A stretch of DNA of 64,000 nt from Nitrospirales bacterium (GTDB lineage: Bacteria > Nitrospirota > Nitrospiria > Nitrospirales > UBA8639), in the NCBI GenBank assembly GCA_963422365.1, contig OY729426.1:1344001-1408000 (forward strand). Reading direction: 5' to 3'. Of this stretch, positions 22,057 through 30,946 are shown piece after piece. The first letter of the stretch is position 1; every line of letters begins with the position of its first letter. Under the pieces are notes generated by a model. That model saw only the letters and a list, made by a program, of their open reading frames with translations, ran no database searches and was not told where the DNA came from. A program made the position numbers and the translations under genes.

Positions 22057-22626
22057 CTAAGGGGTAAGAGCAGCGCCCCAGGCTTGTCGCTGGGATTGGG
22101 CGTGGTCGGCATCCTGGTAGACCACGCGAATGATGATATTGCCGAAAGGGCGACGCACCACTTTTAAAAGAACAAAGCCGTCAGCAAACCCAATAACCAA
22201 CTCTTGGGAGATCCCCTGTTGGAAGAACGTATTTTCATGTTCGGTGGGGTGGTGGTTGACGGGGTATTGAGCGGCTAACGCTTCAAATAACTCCAAAAAC
22301 CATTCCTGAGTATAGGTGCCCATTTCAATGTCGATGCGATTCAGGGTTGCATGCGTGGTCCCGGATGGAGCGGTGGGGTCAGGTACGTCCTGTATTGATC
22401 CATAGCCTAACGTAACATAACGATTTTTCCCCAAAATGTCGTAAAGACATTCGGTCTGACTCGAACAGCCCTCAAGCGCCGCTACTTCAGCAGGGGCCAT
22501 GCCGAATTTCAATGTCCCGAATCCCTGAATCGTTGCGGCATGGGTGGAGGAGGTCAAGACCAGAAGGTTCACCAAGCTGATGGTCACAAGGGGAAGCAAG
22601 GAGATCGTTCTCAAAATATGGTTCAT
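22057..22626 (-). CDS. Hypothetical secreted protein
   Basis: Signal peptide (..STHA), GFGTLKFGM, GGAG RBS. Confidence 0.7.
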   Translation of the reverse strand: MNHILRTISLLPLVTISLVNLLVLTSSTHAATIQGFGTLKFGMAPAEVAALEGCSSQTECLYDILGKNRYVTLGYGSIQDVPDPTAPSGTTHATLNRIDIEMGTYTQEWFLELFEALAAQYPVNHHPTEHENTFFQQGISQELVIGFADGFVLLKVVRRPFGNIIIRVVYQDADHAQSQRQAWGAALTP

Positions 22627-22669
22627 GGACTCAGCTCCTTCTGCGAAGAAATAATCATGGGGCCAGCAG

Positions 22670-22905
22670 ATATGGCTTCCCTGTGTCCGCAGTGAGCCGA
22701 CCCCTTTCCGCTAAGCCTAACAGAAAATGTTTACGGCCACCACCTCTGTCACGTGCCCGGCTTGCTTGGCCCCGTGTTCCTACGCACAAGACCCCAGTCG
22801 GGCGTGGGGGTATCGGCCCTCGGTTCGGAAGTAAGGCGGCCAGATCTCACCGGCTCTCCACAGACGTCCGCTAGCCGGAGGGCCGGTCACAAACTCCGTC
22901 CCTAT
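22670..22905 (-). mobile_element. Probable orphan right-end non-coding region of an IS110/IS1111-family element
   Basis: The minus strand reads GGAGTTTGTGACCGGCC, several hairpins, AAGCCGGGCACGTGAC and ends GACACAGGGAAGCCATAT, resembling IS1111-type right ends (recognised from memory). No transposase is present. Confidence 0.45.
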
Positions 22906-22935
22906 AGTCATGTGTCGTGACCCGTTGCAACAACC

Positions 22936-23376
22936 CTAGAAGGTTTTATACTCAAGCCACTTTCCGTTTAGGGTGATCTTGCAACGATCTTCTCCCTGGC
23001 TTCCTTTGACCTTTTCCATATCCAGTGAGAAATCAATGGCACTCATGATGCCGTCTCCAAACATCTCATTGGCCATCTCCCGCAACGCATCGCCATACAC
23101 GCCAATCACCTCTAGCAGACGATATTTAAATGGATCGGCGGTATTCGGAAAGTCTGCCCGCACAGGGAACTGACTCAAGCTGGCGGTTGATTCCTGATCG
23201 AGGCCCAAGAGTGTTCCAATGGTCGCGGCTTCCTCTGGCGTGAACCGATGATTTCCATTTAAGGCAGCGGCGACAAAGGTTGGACTCTTCTGTACGGCAC
23301 CGGCTATCTGGGCAATCGTGACGTTTTTCTCCAGACGTTTGGCTTTTATGGCAGCTTTGGTACAGGTCTCTTTCAT
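22936..23376 (-). CDS. cynS: Cyanase
   Basis: N-terminal HTH-like region, DPFKYRLLE, EMFGDGIMSAIDF, TLNGKWL. Confidence 0.95.
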   Translation of the reverse strand: MKETCTKAAIKAKRLEKNVTIAQIAGAVQKSPTFVAAALNGNHRFTPEEAATIGTLLGLDQESTASLSQFPVRADFPNTADPFKYRLLEVIGVYGDALREMANEMFGDGIMSAIDFSLDMEKVKGSQGEDRCKITLNGKWLEYKTF

Positions 23377-23391
23377 GATGACGGCTCCTTT

Positions 23392-24285
23392 CTAGCGTGT
23401 TGATGCTGCTGGTTCATGCTTTTTCGTCTCCTGAGAACGAAAATTAATCTTGAGAGGCGCAGAACGACCCGATTTCGCATGATCCCCGCTCCCGTTCTCT
23501 TGTCCATGCGAGGCATGGCGGACGAGAAAATGAATGATATGGTTTCGAATCTTGTAATAATATTTATCTTCAATAATCGTTTCTCGTGACCGGGGTCGGG
23601 GGATGGTCACGTCCACGATCTCTGCAATGCGTGCCGAAGGGCCGTTGGTCATAAGCATGATGCGGTCGGAGAGCAAGATGGCCTCATCCACGTCATGCGT
23701 GACCATGAAGACCGTGTTACGGGTGGCATTCCACATCTGCACGAGTTCCTCTTGAATCACGCCCCTGGTCAACGCGTCGATTTGCGCAAACGGTTCGTCC
23801 AGCAAAAGGACCTTCGGTTCAATGGAAAAGGCGCGAGCCAGTCCGACTCGTTGTTTCATTCCTCCGGATAGGGCCGTGGGTTTTTTGGTTTCGGCCCCTT
23901 GCAGGCCGACCAGCGTGATGTATTTCCGGACGTGCGTTTTGATCTCTTGCGAACTCCAGGTGGGATAGGCCGAACGGACGGCCAGGGCGATGTTCTGATA
24001 GACCGTCATCCATGGCATCAACGCGAAACTTTGAAACACCACCATCCGATCCAATCCCGGGCCCGTGACTTCTTGTCCGTTCAGAATGGCTCCGCCTTCG
24101 GTCGGCGTTTCCAGCCCGGCGATGATATTGAGTAACGTACTTTTTCCGCACCCGGAATGCCCGATCACGGTGACGAATTCGCCCTTGTGCACCTTGACCG
24201 TGACTTCTTCAAAGATGCAGACATCGCCATCCCCTGAATGATTCGGGAAATACTTGCTCAGATGATCGATAGAGAGAAAAGACAT
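23392..24285 (-). CDS. cynD: Cyanate/nitrate ABC transporter ATP-binding subunit
   Basis: GHSGCGKST, LSGGMKQR, LLLDEPF. NrtC/D type, directly upstream of cynS. Confidence 0.85.
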   Translation of the reverse strand: MSFLSIDHLSKYFPNHSGDGDVCIFEEVTVKVHKGEFVTVIGHSGCGKSTLLNIIAGLETPTEGGAILNGQEVTGPGLDRMVVFQSFALMPWMTVYQNIALAVRSAYPTWSSQEIKTHVRKYITLVGLQGAETKKPTALSGGMKQRVGLARAFSIEPKVLLLDEPFAQIDALTRGVIQEELVQMWNATRNTVFMVTHDVDEAILLSDRIMLMTNGPSARIAEIVDVTIPRPRSRETIIEDKYYYKIRNHIIHFLVRHASHGQENGSGDHAKSGRSAPLKINFRSQETKKHEPAASTR

Positions 24286-24289
24286 AACG

Positions 24290-25177
24290 TTACTCCTGAT
24301 AGGTGACCAACCCGGCCAATTTATTAAATCCCGAATCCAAGATCACACCGACGGTCCCCACCACCAGGATGGCGAAGATGACGCCGGCAATATCCAGGTT
24401 GTTCCATTCAATCCAACTCAGATACCCCACGCCCAGTTCCCCGAGCAACATCTCCGCCGGCACTACGGCGACCAGCGCACTTCCAAACGAAATGCGGAGG
24501 CCGTTTACAATGGTCGGCGCGGCTCCGGGAAGAATCACCTTATACAGTCGCTTACCCCACGATAACTGAAGAATGGCGGCCACCTGTAAATATTCCTTCC
24601 GAAGGGTATTCACGCCAAAGGCAGTGGTGGCCAGGGTCGGCCAGACCGCGGCCATGAATACCACCAGGATCGCCGTCCATTTCGGATCCTTGACTGTGTA
24701 CAGGAGCAAAGGCATCCAGGCTAGGGGCGAGATGGGCTTCAGAATCTGAATGAATGGGTTCAACGCCCGAAACAGCATCTGGTTGAGTCCCAAAACAATC
24801 CCCACCAGAATCGCCACCCCGGAGGCAACCAGAAACCCAACCGCAAATCGTGAAACCGTATAGCCCACCAAAAAGGCAATCCCATGATCATTGGTCCCTT
24901 TCATCACAAAGGCTTCGCCCAATTCGACCCAGGCTTTCTCCATCACCGTCATGGGACCCGGTACTCCTTTGAGTTTTTCTTTTTCCGGATTCCACACGTA
25001 CTGGCCGTCGTCGGTTTGCATAATATCGCCGTTGAACTCCATGACCATCAATTCCTCTTCCGTCTTGCCCGTGGGATCGAAGGGAGGACTGATGGTGGCG
25101 ATGTGCCACGCGAACAGAAAAATCCCAAGGAAGAACGCGGAGATGAAGAACGGATGCTGTGTGTGTTTGCTACTCAT
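24290..25177 (-). CDS. cynB: Cyanate/nitrate ABC transporter permease
   Basis: NPFIQILKPISPLAWMP, AEML...G, WIEWNNL (NrtB/CynB type). Confidence 0.85.
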   Translation of the reverse strand: MSSKHTQHPFFISAFFLGIFLFAWHIATISPPFDPTGKTEEELMVMEFNGDIMQTDDGQYVWNPEKEKLKGVPGPMTVMEKAWVELGEAFVMKGTNDHGIAFLVGYTVSRFAVGFLVASGVAILVGIVLGLNQMLFRALNPFIQILKPISPLAWMPLLLYTVKDPKWTAILVVFMAAVWPTLATTAFGVNTLRKEYLQVAAILQLSWGKRLYKVILPGAAPTIVNGLRISFGSALVAVVPAEMLLGELGVGYLSWIEWNNLDIAGVIFAILVVGTVGVILDSGFNKLAGLVTYQE

Positions 25178-25197
25178 CGTGACTCGTCCTTTACCGG

Positions 25198-26547
25198 CTA
25201 CACCATGCTATGAATGGGGAAACTCTTGACGTAGTCTTCCGGGTTCATAGGATCAAATTCCCGTCCCATAATAGTATGGGTCGTCATGGTCTTGGTGTGA
25301 GAGGGATACCCCAGTTCCTTGGCCACTGTGTCGCAATCCGCTGCACGATAGACCTGCTCGGCGACCTTTTGATAATTCACGTCCCCTTTCAAATGACCCC
25401 ACCGTTTCATTTGGGTCAAGATCCAGATGGCCATGGAATGCCAGGGATACGGATCGAAATCGATGCGACTCGGAACCCTCTGAATGCCGCCTAACCCATC
25501 GGCAAACGTCCCGGTCAACACTTGTTCCAGCACGATTCGTGGCTGATTCAAGTAATTCGCCGGGGCAATCGCTTTGGCGATTTCTTTCCGGTTCCCCGGG
25601 TTCGACGCGTAATGAGTCGCATCCACAATCGCCCGGAACAACGCGAGGAACGTATTCGGATACGTCGTCGCGAATTCTTGTGAGATCGCAAACGCGCAGC
25701 ATGGATGTTGCGCCCAAATGTCTTTCGACAGCAGAAAAATAAAGCCGATGTTTTCATACACCGCGCGTTGATTAAAGGGATCAGGGGCCAGATAGCCATC
25801 GACGTTACCGGCCTTGAGATTGGCGACCATTTCCGGTGGCGGCACCACGCGAATCTGGACGTCCTTGTCTGGATGCACACCGCCGTCGGCGAGAAAATAG
25901 CGCAACAGGTAATTGTGCATGGAATAATCAAAGGGCACGCAAAAGCGAAACCCTTTCATATCGGCAGCCGTTTTCACGCCTTTATGTTTATTGTGCAGGG
26001 TAATGGCTTGCCCATTGATATTTTCCACGGCGGGCATGTAGAACGGGACCTGGGGCGATCCCGCACCCAAGGTGATGGCTAAAGGCATGGGCGAGAGCAT
26101 ATGCGCGGCATCCACGTCTTTGTTGATCGCCCAATCCCGCACCATGGCCCATCCCGCTGCCCGTTTGACCTTGGCGTTCAAGCCATGTTTGCGGTAGAAC
26201 CCCATGGGCTCGGCCATGATAATCGGCGTGGCACAGGTAATGGGAATAAACCCGATACTGAGATCCGTTTTTTCCGGTTTGCCCACAGGGTCTGCGGCCA
26301 GTGCCTGCAATTGGGAAAGAGGAAGAAACTCGCTAATCAGTCCGATCAGCGCCGCGCTTCCGACACCGGCGAGAAGTTGTCGTCGAGTCGGACCACTTGC
26401 CTGCAGCACGGCTTTCGTTACTGCGACCTCGATAGTTTTGGACAGGTACTCATCAGAGGTGAGAGGTTGCCCCTGATTAAACATGTCTGGGGCTTCGGCT
26501 CCGACTTTCGATGAAACCGGATCGTGATGGTAAATGGTGTGTGCCAT
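25198..26547 (-). CDS. cynA: Cyanate/nitrate ABC transporter substrate-binding protein with twin-arginine motif
   Basis: TRRQLL, GFIPITCATPIIMA, ENINGQAIT, YSMHNYLLRY, HPCC (NrtA/CmpA/CynA family). Confidence 0.88.
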   Translation of the reverse strand: MAHTIYHHDPVSSKVGAEAPDMFNQGQPLTSDEYLSKTIEVAVTKAVLQASGPTRRQLLAGVGSAALIGLISEFLPLSQLQALAADPVGKPEKTDLSIGFIPITCATPIIMAEPMGFYRKHGLNAKVKRAAGWAMVRDWAINKDVDAAHMLSPMPLAITLGAGSPQVPFYMPAVENINGQAITLHNKHKGVKTAADMKGFRFCVPFDYSMHNYLLRYFLADGGVHPDKDVQIRVVPPPEMVANLKAGNVDGYLAPDPFNQRAVYENIGFIFLLSKDIWAQHPCCAFAISQEFATTYPNTFLALFRAIVDATHYASNPGNRKEIAKAIAPANYLNQPRIVLEQVLTGTFADGLGGIQRVPSRIDFDPYPWHSMAIWILTQMKRWGHLKGDVNYQKVAEQVYRAADCDTVAKELGYPSHTKTMTTHTIMGREFDPMNPEDYVKSFPIHSMV

Positions 26548-26622
26548 GACTCCTCCTCTACTTCTCATACATCAGAGCGTAATGAATAATGTGAATGGGC
26601 GAACTTTGTTTGTCTGTTGACC

Positions 26623-26671
26623 AAAAAAAAACGCCAAGCCAAGAGTTTTGTGAAAAACTCAGGCCTGGCGT
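26623..26671 (-). terminator. Intrinsic terminator (attenuator) in the cynA leader
   Basis: Minus strand ACGCCAGGCC...GGCTTGGCGT followed by a U run. Confidence 0.85.
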
Positions 26672-26702
26672 CATTGCCAGAACTATGTTGACTTCTATGT
26701 CA
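26667..26702 (-). promoter_or_regulatory. ANTAR-type dual hexaloop RNA motif overlapping the terminator
   Basis: P1 UGAC-AUAGAA-GUCA, 10-nt linker, P2 GGC-AAUGAC-GCC. Both loops have A1 and G4, and P2 overlaps the terminator 5' arm. Confidence 0.8.
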
Positions 26703-26752
26703 CACTACGGTCCTTCTGCCGAAACCGTACTTTTGTCGTTGCAAAGAAGATA

Positions 26753-26768
26753 AGCAAGAAGAATGCCA
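26753..26768 (-). promoter_or_regulatory. Sigma54 (-24/-12) promoter of the cyn operon
   Basis: Minus strand TGGCAT-TCTTC-TTGCT matches TGGCAC-N5-TTGCW. Confidence 0.85.
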
Positions 26769-26823
26769 TGTTTCCGTTGTATGTAGGTATTGAATATTAT
26801 TGAAGTTTGCTGGAATGGGCATA

Positions 26824-26876
26824 TGACAATTTTGTCAGAGCCATAACTTTTTTGTCAGAAGCAGACAATTGTGTCA
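26824..26876. promoter_or_regulatory. Three phased TGAC-N6-GTCA-type palindromes (candidate enhancer sites)
   Basis: TGACAATTTTGTCA (26824), TAACTTTTTTGTCA (26844), AGACAATTGTGTCA (26863). Confidence 0.65.
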
Positions 26877-27084
26877 GGTTTTAAACAGGGCGGCGTCCAG
26901 CAAATTTCATTACTGCATGTGGTTTGGTGACCTGAAGGATTCCATTGGGGCTATTACCTTCAGAACCGCCATGATCGCAAGGCAACATGGGCAGAAGAGT
27001 ATCTCAAAGGGCCAGGGGGTCTTCCTGTCCGATTGCTAGAGAAGGCGTGAAGAAAGAAACAGAACGGCAACCCGCGCAAGAATG

Positions 27085-27540
27085 CTTTTGAGACTTATAA
27101 CTCTCTCACTTTCTGATACAGTTCCGAAAATGCATTCTGGCGAAGACGAAATTTGGTGCCGTGGTTATGGCCGGTTCTGGCATCAAAATCCACGTAGGTT
27201 TTTCCTTTCTCAAGAGCGGCAAGTAGCTTCTCTAATTGATACGATTGTACTTGAAAAGTTCTTCCTCATTTTCTTTTTTCACCGCGGCCTCGACAAAAAA
27301 GCAATTGTGCAATTTGCTTCCAGTCTTGTGAAAAAGATCGTCAAATCCCCAATAAGGTTCAGGTTCCAGTTCTCCAAGTCCTGCCCTTTCTTCTACGGCG
27401 CTTAGCCATTGTTGCTGTTCTAGACTGGCTTGACGTGAATCAAAAGAAATGATGACTTTCCGAGTTCGCCGATCAACAACGACTCCAAAGCCTCTATCCG
27501 ATCTGCTTAGGCCACTGATCGTTTGCCTAAAGCTCATTTC
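27085..27540 (-). pseudogene. C-terminal remnant of an MvaI/BcnI-family restriction endonuclease
   Basis: SFRQTI...DRGF...PYWGFDDL..K...KLHNCFFVEA, then after a stop YVDFDARTGHNHGTKFR. Confidence 0.7.
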
Positions 27541-28446
27541 CTCTTCCCAAATGATCACGTTCCGCAATTCATATCCTCTTCTCCGTAGTTCCTCGATCAA
27601 CGAAACGTGGATCGTGATACGTTCATTTTCTCACCACATGTCAGGAACGTTAATGACGCAGTGCCCTTTGGGGCGCAGCAATGGCAGGAACTTCTCAAAA
27701 ATGTCTCCCATTGCCATGGTATAGGCGTCTAAGTCCAAAATTCCCAAATCTCTCTGGTCTTGTGAATATTGCTCAATCTTTCCGAGTTGCTCGTTGTCCC
27801 TATACCGTCTGGATTTATTTTGCCTTTTTCGATTGAGTAAATTGGCATAGGGAGGCGAGGTCCAAATAAGCCCCACCGATCCTTCTTCAAGATACAGAGG
27901 AATATTCCGGGCATCGTCCTCAATGGCAATCTGCTGGCACGTATTGTACAAATTTCTGGTTTCTTCTAACCGTCTCTCGCACAGGTTGATATATCCCTTT
28001 TGTAAGTCGAAGCCCACCGCATTTCTATTTAAGTCATTGGCGGCCACTAACGTGCTGCCGCTACCAACAAAGGGATCAACCACCAGTTCTCCCGCGTGTG
28101 AAAACAATTCAATCACCTTTGTGCATAAACTAATCGGAAACGTTGCTGGATGAACGGTTTTATCCCTGATATCTCGTTTTTCAAAGAAAAATTGCCAGAC
28201 GCCCAGCTGACTTTTTAGCCATTCTTTTGCTGTCATGCAGTTCAAATGGTTTTGGCTGCATTGGCAAGTACGATTCGAGCCAATCTCAAGCTTGTGCCTA
28301 TATTCTGTACTACTTTCAGAAATGATAGAGGCACCTAGCCCTTCACCACGTTTTATATCTTTCTTAGGCGAAACCTTGTTAGGTGTTCGCAAACGTGGCG
28401 TTCTCTTTGTCGCCAACTTTTTCTTAGATTCTGACCTTGTCCCCAT
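27541..28446 (-). pseudogene. Truncated N4-C/N6-A DNA methyltransferase
   Basis: HPATFP, VDPFVGSGST, TSPPY. In-frame TGA at 27631 (DMW*ENER), continues to LRNVIIW where it joins endonuclease sequence. Confidence 0.85.
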
Positions 28447-28479
28447 TTTTCTCTGTTCCTTAGCTCAACTCTCTGTCTA

Positions 28480-28600
28480 TTGTGCAGTGACGAACCTGGA
28501 TGATGCCGCCGGCGTAGGTACTGAGACGATCATGAAGACCGTCGGTCATTCTTCGGTCGAAATATTGGTGTGCTTGTTACGCTATATCGGAGGCTCAAGG
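28480..28600 (+). pseudogene. Tyrosine recombinase (integrase) C-terminal fragment
   Basis: VTNLDDAAGVGTETIMKTVGHSSVEI....RY resembles the box II GH..catalytic Tyr region. Confidence 0.6.
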
Positions 28601-28769
28601 AGGAGAAACTTGCTGCTATGAGTTCGTTTAAACGCTCTATCGACAGATGAGCCCAACATTATAATATATTTTGGTCACGATTGACGCGAAATAGCAATTG
28701 GTAAGGAAAATAAAACCTTACTTGGGCAGTACAGAAAACTTCCAGGAGACACCATGTTACTTCTAGCAA

Positions 28770-30255
28770 ACTAGCTGTCGAACTAAAGGAGCTTCAAGTA
28801 GGAGAATATCTGGCTGAAAACGAATCAGACCTCTTGAAGGATTATTTTGTCGAAACAGCAGCCTATAACAGGGCCTTCCAAGGACAAAATGTTGTATTCG
28901 TAGGTCGAAAAGGATCGGGAAAAACAGCAAACATTTTGAAGTTGACTTCAACACTTCGTGAAGATCCAAGAAATCTAGTATGTGTAATAAAACCAATTGC
29001 TTACGAATTGGAAGGTATCGTTGAACTGATGAGAGGTTATCAAGAGCGAAATCAAAAAGGATATGTCATTGAGAGCCTTTGGGAATTTTTGATCTATTCT
29101 GAAATAGCTAAAGTACCCATTGCTCAAATAATAAATCGATCTTCCGGACAAACATTTGAGTATGAGAAGGATCTAGTTTCTTTTTGCCAAGACTTTGAAG
29201 ATTTATTGAATGAAGATTTCACAATAAGACTTGAAAAATGTGTAGCAAGGCTTATTCCAACTCCTAATAGAAGAGAGAAGTCTCAGAGTGTCGAACAATT
29301 TCGTGCGTCTATATCAGAAGGAATTCATAAAAATGTGCTAGGGAAACTTCAGTCGGCGTTAGATAAGGCCTTCAAGGAAAAACTTCGCGTAGCAATATTA
29401 GTTGATAACCTCGACAAAGCATGGGACAAAAGCAGTGACTTCGATCATCTTGCACAGTTTCTTTTGGGTTTATTAGCCGTGGCGGACCGAATTCCAGAAG
29501 CATTTAAGAAAGAAAGTTCTCGTCGGAAGCCTGTTAACCTAAGCCTTGTTCTGTTTATTCGTTCCGATATTTTTTCCCACATCATGAACCAAGCTAGAGA
29601 ACCTGACAAAATTTCCCACTCAAAACTTTCCTGGAAAGATGCCGAATTGCTTCTTAGAGTTATCGAGGAACGTTTTGTCGCCTCATAAGGTGTTGGTACT
29701 TCACCTTCGGATTTGTGGGACAGGTTGTTCATTGAAGATATCAAGGGACTTCCTATTAAAAAATTCATTGTGGATAGGATACTTCCTAGACCCCGTGCTC
29801 TCGTTTTTTTCGTGAAATCTGCGGTCGCTAAGGCTGTGAATCGAAATCACGTTAAAGTCGCGGAATCGGATCTCAAAGAAGCCGAAAAGGAATATTCCCA
29901 ATATGCTTTGGAAACCATACTCGTAGAAAACGGCATTCGGTTTGATAACCTAGAAAGGATTCTCTACGAGTTTGCCGGAGCTCCTCAATTTGTAACTGAA
30001 AGTAAGACAAAAAACGGTTTTTCTAGGGCTAATGTGGCTGCCCCAGATATTGATCAGATTATCGCCCATCTATGCGAATTGTCATTTCTAGGCCTTGAGG
30101 TTGCTGATGACGATTTCCGTTTCGCTAAGGATTCTCAGGACTATCAACGGTTAGAGGTTCAGAAAAGAAATTATCATGATGAGAGCGGGAGAGTCTTACG
30201 CTATAGTATCAATAAACCTTTCTGGGCATTCCTGGAAATAAAGAGCGTTGAGTAA
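28770..30255 (+). pseudogene. Sll1717-like P-loop ATPase, split by an in-frame TAA at 29686; 5' end eroded
   Basis: GEYLAENE..LKDYF, GRKGSGKT, VDNLDKAW, FIRSDIF, RPR. ORF 29713.. is in the same frame. The region is AT-rich. Confidence 0.7.
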
Positions 30256-30391
30256 TTCTGAAGCCCGTCAAGGGGATGAAAAGCTTGGCGAGGAGAAAAT
30301 CAATGCTACAATGGTTTGTTTGAACAAACTAATAACGCGGCGTCAGAACGCTGCCCACCAAGTCATTTAAAACACGGCATTTTGAGTCTAT

Positions 30392-30479
30392 TGGTGCCGA
30401 AGGCGGGATTTGAACCCGCACACCCCCAGGGGGCGCTAGACCCTGAATCTAGTGCGTCTGCCAGTTCCGCCACTTCGGC
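30392..30479 (-). tRNA. tRNA-Leu(CAG)
   Basis: GCCGAAGTGGCGGAACTGGCAGACGCACTAGATTCAGGGTCTAG...GGTTCAAATCCCGCCTTCGGCACCA, with long variable arm and encoded CCA. Confidence 0.97.
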
Positions 30480-30494
30480 ACGCGAGCGTCTGGT

Positions 30495-30776
30495 TCAGCG
30501 ATTATCAGCTTTTGCCGGGAGGGCGTCAAGCTGCGCGATGACATCGGCGGCGGGTTGTGCACCTGACGCGCTTCGACCTAGCTGGTTGCCTAGCGCGAGG
30601 ATTTTGAGCAGCGCAAGGATCTCCTGCATTTGCTTGTAGCTGTCGATATCCTGCATGACCACCTTGGCTTCACCGTTCTGGGTGATGACCAAGGGTTCTC
30701 CTCCGAGTGTGCGCACGATCTCGGCGGCGTGGGCCTTGAGGTAACTGATCGGCTTGATCTGGGTGGACGGTTTCAT
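30495..30776 (-). CDS. Phd/YefM family antitoxin (no adjacent toxin)
   Basis: IKPISYLKAHAAEIV...PLVITQNGEAKVV. Confidence 0.88.
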   Translation of the reverse strand: MKPSTQIKPISYLKAHAAEIVRTLGGEPLVITQNGEAKVVMQDIDSYKQMQEILALLKILALGNQLGRSASGAQPAADVIAQLDALPAKADNR

Positions 30777-30946
30777 GAGACACCTCCTTTCAGGCTAAAA
30801 ATAGACCATGAACAGGGTCAATAGACAAGACCTGTCTCCGAGGTCACCACATGCTTCCAATGCTACGCTGCTGCCTCAAGCCGTATGAGGCTCGAAGGCA
30901 GGGATGTGCCTCATTGGGTCCAAACATTTATTGTGGCGGCGACATT

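Noticed and set aside
22845..22872. ACGTCTGTGGAGAG (minus strand) as a TnpB omega-RNA remnant
   Set aside because: No tnpB remnant or typical downstream omega-RNA motif follows. The wider context fits an IS110-type end better, though that call is also tentative.
23392..26547. ABC transporter as a nitrate or bicarbonate importer
   Set aside because: The family is shared, but direct linkage to cynS with no reductase or carbon-concentrating genes favours cyanate. Nitrite transport cannot be excluded from sequence.
26900..27100. Duplicated tRNA-Leu 3' end (att site) bounding the island
   Set aside because: I could not find a convincing copy of the tRNA 3' sequence, so the island's left boundary is inferred only from content.
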